Below the pieces are notes generated by a model. The model did no database searches and was not told where the DNA came from. It worked only from the letters and a program-made list of their open reading frames with translations. The position numbers and the translations under genes were made by a program. Of a DNA stretch of 64,000 bases, positions 60,002-64,000 are shown one piece after another. This stretch comes from an uncultured Bacilli bacterium (GTDB lineage Bacteria; Bacillota_I; Bacilli_A; RF39; UBA660). The stretch spans positions 1,638-65,637 of the forward strand of contig CANPXR010000001.1 of the NCBI GenBank assembly GCA_947586655.1, in the 5' to 3' direction. Within the stretch, counting starts at the first letter, position 1. Each line of letters begins with the position of its first letter.

Positions 60002-62527
60002 CTACGACTCGCTAACTTCAGTTTCACCATTATTTTCTACTTCATTATCTAAACTTTCTTCTTTTTCAACAACCGAAACTGTTGATACTTTTTGACCTTC
60101 TCTTAAATTTATAAGTCTAACTCCCTGAGTCACCCTACTCATCTGGGAAATTTTATCTAACGAAATTCTAATAACAATTCCCTGATCAGTGATAATCATT
60201 AAGTCCTTATTGGAAGATACCGTTTTAAATACTACTATGTTACCGTTTTTTTCAGTTATGTTTAATGCTTTAACACCTTTACTTCCACGGTGGGTTAATC
60301 GGTATTCTTTTATGTTAGTTTGTTTTCCATAACCTTTTTCCGTAACTACAAGTACGTTTTGTCCTTCTTTTGCAATTTCAGCACCAACACAGAAACAACT
60401 TTCAGATAATTCAATACCTTTTACTCCACTTGCGGTTCTTCCTATTATCCTTACTTCGCTTTCATTAAATCTATTCATACGTCCGTCGTTAGATGCAATA
60501 ACTATTTCATCATTACCATTTGTAAAGTGCACTGATAAAACTTCATCATTCTCTTTTAGAGTTATAGCTATCTTACCATTTTTTCTGATGTTTTCAAATT
60601 CACAAACATTTGTACGTTTAATTAAGCCTTTCTTAGTAACGATAACTAAATATTTATTATTCTCATCACCATTATCTAATAAAATGTTATTAACTTTTTC
60701 GTCTTTTTCTATTGGTAATAAATTAATTATTGGTAAACCTTTTGATTGTCTTGAAAATTCTGGTATTTCATATCCTTTGATTCGATATACCTTTCCTTTA
60801 TTAGTAAAGAACATTACGTAATTATGTGTTGTTCCTGATTTTAATATTTCTACAAAATCCTCGTCGTTCGTAGACATTCCTTTAATACCTACTCCACCTT
60901 TGTTTTGTAATTTATATGTATCCGTTGTCATCCTTTTAATATATCCATTATGAGTAAGAGCTATTATTATGTCTTCTTCTGGAATTAAAGATTCATCTTC
61001 AATGTAATCAATGGCGGTCATATCAATAGAAGTTCTTCTTTCATCAGCGTATTTTTTCTTTATTTCTAACATTTCTTCTTTTATTATGTTTAATACTTTT
61101 TGTTCTGACGCTAATATTTCTCTTAAGTTTTCTATTTCTTTTAGCAACTCATTTAGTTCGTTTTCTATTTTATCTCTTTCTAATCCAGTTAATCTTCTTA
61201 GTCGCATTTCAAGAATACTATTACTTTGAATTTCAGAAAGACCAAATTTGTTCATTAACTTTTCTTTTGCATCTTGGTCATCTAGCGCCCCTCTAATAAT
61301 TTTAACAACTTCATCAATGTTATCTAAAGCTATTTTTAAACCTTCTAAGATATGAACCCTTTTTTCATCTTCGTTTAGTTCGTATCTAGTTCTTCTTATG
61401 ATAACTTCTTTTTGATGATCAATGTATTTTGAAATAATATCTTTTAATCCAAGTGTTTTTGGGGTACCATTATCTATTACTAAAAATATTATTCCATAAT
61501 TAACTTGGAAATTAGTATGTTTATATAAATTATTTAGCACAACCTGGGCGTTTGCGTCTTTTTTTAATGTTATGGTTATTTTTACACCTTTTTTTAAATC
61601 CGTATGATAATCTGAAATTCCTTCTATTATCTTACAATGAACAAGTTCCGCAACTTTGTTTTTTAATTCTAACGTGTTTGTTCCATATGGTACTTCGGTT
61701 ATAACTATTTGACTATGATTTCCTACTTCTTCTATGGATGCCCTACTTCTTATTGTTATGCTTCCTCTTCCGGTTTCATAAGCTTTTTTTATTCCGGAAT
61801 TACCCAAAATTATTCCTCCAGTTGGAAAATCAGGGCCTTTTATGTAATGCATTAAACCATTAACATCTATATCCGGATTATCTATGTAAGCAATACAACC
61901 ATCTATTACTTCTCCTAAGTTATGAGGAGGAATGTTCGTTGCCATACCTACTGCAATTCCCATTGAACCATTTATTAAAACGTTAGGTATCCTTGATGGT
62001 AACACAACTGGTTCAGGACTAGTTTCATCAAAGTTTGGCATCATATCAACCGTATCTTTTTTTATGTCTCTTAGCATTTCTAAAGAAATTTTAGATAGTC
62101 TTGCTTCAGTATAACGATATGCTGCTGCACCGTCACCTTCTATGTTACCAAAGTTACCATGGCCATCAACTAACATGTACCTTTGGTTAAAATCTTGTGC
62201 TAATCTTACCATTGCATCATATATTGATGAATCTCCATGAGGATGATAATGTCCCATTACATAACCAACCGTTGTTGCACTTTTTTTATGTGGTTTATCC
62301 GGAGTGTTTCCCTCTTCATACATTGACCATAATATTCTTCTGTGCACTGGTTTTAAACCATCTCTTAAATCTGGTATGGCACGAGATGTTATAACACTCA
62401 TTGAATAATCAAGGAAAGAATCAGAAATTTCTTTTACTATATCATTTTTTGCATGAGAGTCTCTTTCATGAAAAGTTCCTTTAAATTCGTTGGTTTCTTC
62501 TATTTTGTTTTCTTCTTTTTCTTCCAT
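60002..62527 (-). CDS. gyrA: DNA gyrase subunit A
   Basis: 841 aa; active-site region (…AAMRYTEARL-like YRYTEARLS), GyrA box and C-terminal beta-pinwheel repeats. Confidence 0.95.
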   Translation of the reverse strand: MEEKEENKIEETNEFKGTFHERDSHAKNDIVKEISDSFLDYSMSVITSRAIPDLRDGLKPVHRRILWSMYEEGNTPDKPHKKSATTVGYVMGHYHPHGDSSIYDAMVRLAQDFNQRYMLVDGHGNFGNIEGDGAAAYRYTEARLSKISLEMLRDIKKDTVDMMPNFDETSPEPVVLPSRIPNVLINGSMGIAVGMATNIPPHNLGEVIDGCIAYIDNPDIDVNGLMHYIKGPDFPTGGIILGNSGIKKAYETGRGSITIRSRASIEEVGNHSQIVITEVPYGTNTLELKNKVAELVHCKIIEGISDYHTDLKKGVKITITLKKDANAQVVLNNLYKHTNFQVNYGIIFLVIDNGTPKTLGLKDIISKYIDHQKEVIIRRTRYELNEDEKRVHILEGLKIALDNIDEVVKIIRGALDDQDAKEKLMNKFGLSEIQSNSILEMRLRRLTGLERDKIENELNELLKEIENLREILASEQKVLNIIKEEMLEIKKKYADERRTSIDMTAIDYIEDESLIPEEDIIIALTHNGYIKRMTTDTYKLQNKGGVGIKGMSTNDEDFVEILKSGTTHNYVMFFTNKGKVYRIKGYEIPEFSRQSKGLPIINLLPIEKDEKVNNILLDNGDENNKYLVIVTKKGLIKRTNVCEFENIRKNGKIAITLKENDEVLSVHFTNGNDEIVIASNDGRMNRFNESEVRIIGRTASGVKGIELSESCFCVGAEIAKEGQNVLVVTEKGYGKQTNIKEYRLTHRGSKGVKALNITEKNGNIVVFKTVSSNKDLMIITDQGIVIRISLDKISQMSRVTQGVRLINLREGQKVSTVSVVEKEESLDNEVENNGETEVSES

Positions 62528-62539
62528 TTATAAGACCTC

Positions 62540-64000
62540 CTATATATCTAAGTTTTTAACATAACGTGCGTTTTGTTCAATGAATTCCCTTCTAGGCTCT
62601 ACTTCTTCACCCATAAGTTTATTAAACATTGCGTCCGCTAAAACGCAATCATCTACCGTTATTTTTCTTAGTGTTCTTTTTTCTATATCCATGGTGGTTT
62701 CATTTAATTCTTCTGCATCCATTTCGCCAAGACCTTTCATACGTGCTATCTCTGCTCTTTGTCTTACGTTTTCAGGTAGTGATGCTAAATATGCTTCTTT
62801 TTCGCTTTCATCTAGTACGTATTTTCTTGTTTTACCATGCATTATTCTAAATAATGGTGGTTGTGCTGCATAAACGTGCCCTGCTTCGACAATAGGTCTA
62901 AAAAACCGATAAAATAAAGTAAGTAATAGTACTCTTATATGTGAACCATCAACATCGGCATCGGTCATTATTATTATTTTATCATACCTTAACTTTGATA
63001 AATCAAACTCATCACCAATACCCGTACCAAAAGCAGTTATAATGGTTCTTATTTCTTCATTTCCTAATGCTTTATCTAATCTTGCTTTTTCTACGTTTAA
63101 TATTTTACCTCTTAAAGGAAGAATTGCTTGAGTCATAGAATCTCTTCCTTTTTTTGCACTTCCTCCTGCTGAATCTCCCTCGACTATAAAGATTTCTGAT
63201 ACCTTAGGATCCTTACTCTTACAATCAGATAATTTTCCAAAAAAGTTTGTTGTTGCTAAGTCACTCTTACGTGTTATTTCCCTTGCTTTTTTAGCGGCGT
63301 TTCTAGCACGTGAGGCAAGCATTGCCTTATTAACAATTATTTTTGCTTCTTCTGGATTTTCAAGTAAAAATTTTTCAAATCCCTCTGAAAATACTTTATC
63401 TGCAAGTTTTCTAACCTCTGAATTTCCTAATCTTCCTTTTGTTTGTCCTTCAAACTGTGGATTTGGATGCTTACAAGATATAATCATCGTGATGCCTTCT
63501 TTAACATCATCACCAGTTAATGATTCATCTTTTTCTTTTAAGATTCCTGCTTTTCTTGCATAGCTATTGATAACTCTTGTTAATGCTCTTTTTACACCCT
63601 CTTCATGAGTTCCACCATCATGGGTATTAATGTTGTTAACAAATGAATATATATTGTCATTATAGCCAGTATTATATTGTAAAGCAACTTCAAAAAATAC
63701 GTTATCTTCCATACCTTCTAAGTGAATAATATCATCATGAATTGGAGTTTTACCCTGGTTAATAAACTTTACGTATTCAGAAATTCCTCCTTCATAAATA
63801 AAGGTTTCACCAGTGGTATCTTCTTCATCTCTATCATCCCTTAACGTTATTCTTAATCCTTTATTTAAAAACGCAAGTTCTCTTACCCTTACCTTTAACG
63901 TTTCATAATCATAAATATCAGTATCAAATATATCTGGATCAGGTTTAAAAGTAACCCATGTTCCAGTTCTATTTTCTTCACAATCACCTATTATTTTTAA
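62540..64000 (-). CDS. gyrB: DNA gyrase subunit B, C-terminal ~485 codons. The N-terminus lies beyond the window end; the frame stays open to position 64000.
   Basis: Toprim and C-terminal GyrB sequence (…[10 protein letters not shown]…, [23 protein letters not shown]). Open upstream through 64000 (…[15 protein letters not shown]…). Confidence 0.95.
   Translation of the reverse strand, partial: LKIIGDCEENRTGTWVTFKPDPDIFDTDIYDYETLKVRVRELAFLNKGLRITLRDDRDEEDTTGETFIYEGGISEYVKFINQGKTPIHDDIIHLEGMEDNVFFEVALQYNTGYNDNIYSFVNNINTHDGGTHEEGVKRALTRVINSYARKAGILKEKDESLTGDDVKEGITMIISCKHPNPQFEGQTKGRLGNSEVRKLADKVFSEGFEKFLLENPEEAKIIVNKAMLASRARNAAKKAREITRKSDLATTNFFGKLSDCKSKDPKVSEIFIVEGDSAGGSAKKGRDSMTQAILPLRGKILNVEKARLDKALGNEEIRTIITAFGTGIGDEFDLSKLRYDKIIIMTDADVDGSHIRVLLLTLFYRFFRPIVEAGHVYAAQPPLFRIMHGKTRKYVLDESEKEAYLASLPENVRQRAEIARMKGLGEMDAEELNETTMDIEKRTLRKITVDDCVLADAMFNKLMGEEVEPRREFIEQNARYVKNLDI

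Noticed and set aside
1-64000. CRISPR arrays, rRNA or tRNA genes, IS elements or prophage remnants
   Set aside because: No regularly spaced direct repeats, no GC-rich structured-RNA islands other than ffs, no transposase, integrase or phage-like ORFs. Intergenic regions are short and fully accounted for by promoters and terminators.

Overview
This 64 kb window is an AT-rich (roughly 28–30% GC), low-GC Firmicute chromosome segment with the standard genetic code. Almost every gene is on the minus strand, and gene order closely follows the Bacillus subtilis origin-proximal region: gyrB (5' end beyond the window), gyrA, a short SRP RNA (ffs), tadA, dnaX, ybaB, recR, bofA, then holB-ricT-yabB-pth-mfd-spoVT, tatD, a yabE-like 3D-domain gene, ksgA, yabG, veg, spoVG-yabP-yabQ-divIC-mrnC-rlmB-sigH-secE-nusG-rplKAJL-ybxB-rpoB-rpoC-tilS-ftsH, and further on argS, rpoE(delta), prfA-prmC-spoIIR, fba-murA, rpmE, rpsL-rpsG-fusA (fusA runs out of the window at position 1). 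The sporulation genes present (spoIIR, spoVG, spoVT, yabP, yabQ, yabG, bofA, sigH, ricT) indicate an endospore-former lineage. I saw no rRNA, tRNA, CRISPR array or mobile element. The non-core content is: (i) a 6.6 kb locus of two giant surface adhesins (1502 aa and 723 aa; Cna-B/SpaA-like and DUF11-like repeats, possible thioester-domain motifs) inserted between veg and spoVG; (ii) a four-gene ABC-2 transporter module plus an unknown 147-aa protein between yabG and ksgA; (iii) orphan genes next to ftsH/tilS; (iv) a decayed Fic/Doc gene between rplL and ybxB; (v) a small gene interrupted by an in-frame TGA between rlmB and mrnC. The most unusual signal is a 20-bp perfect palindrome (AATGTTTCACGTGAAACATT) present four times within 1.8 kb around ffs/tadA/dnaX. 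Two copies sit in exactly the same position upstream of sigma-A-type promoters for ffs and dnaX, which suggests an undescribed operator or small regulon. Several Rho-independent terminators overlap stop codons.
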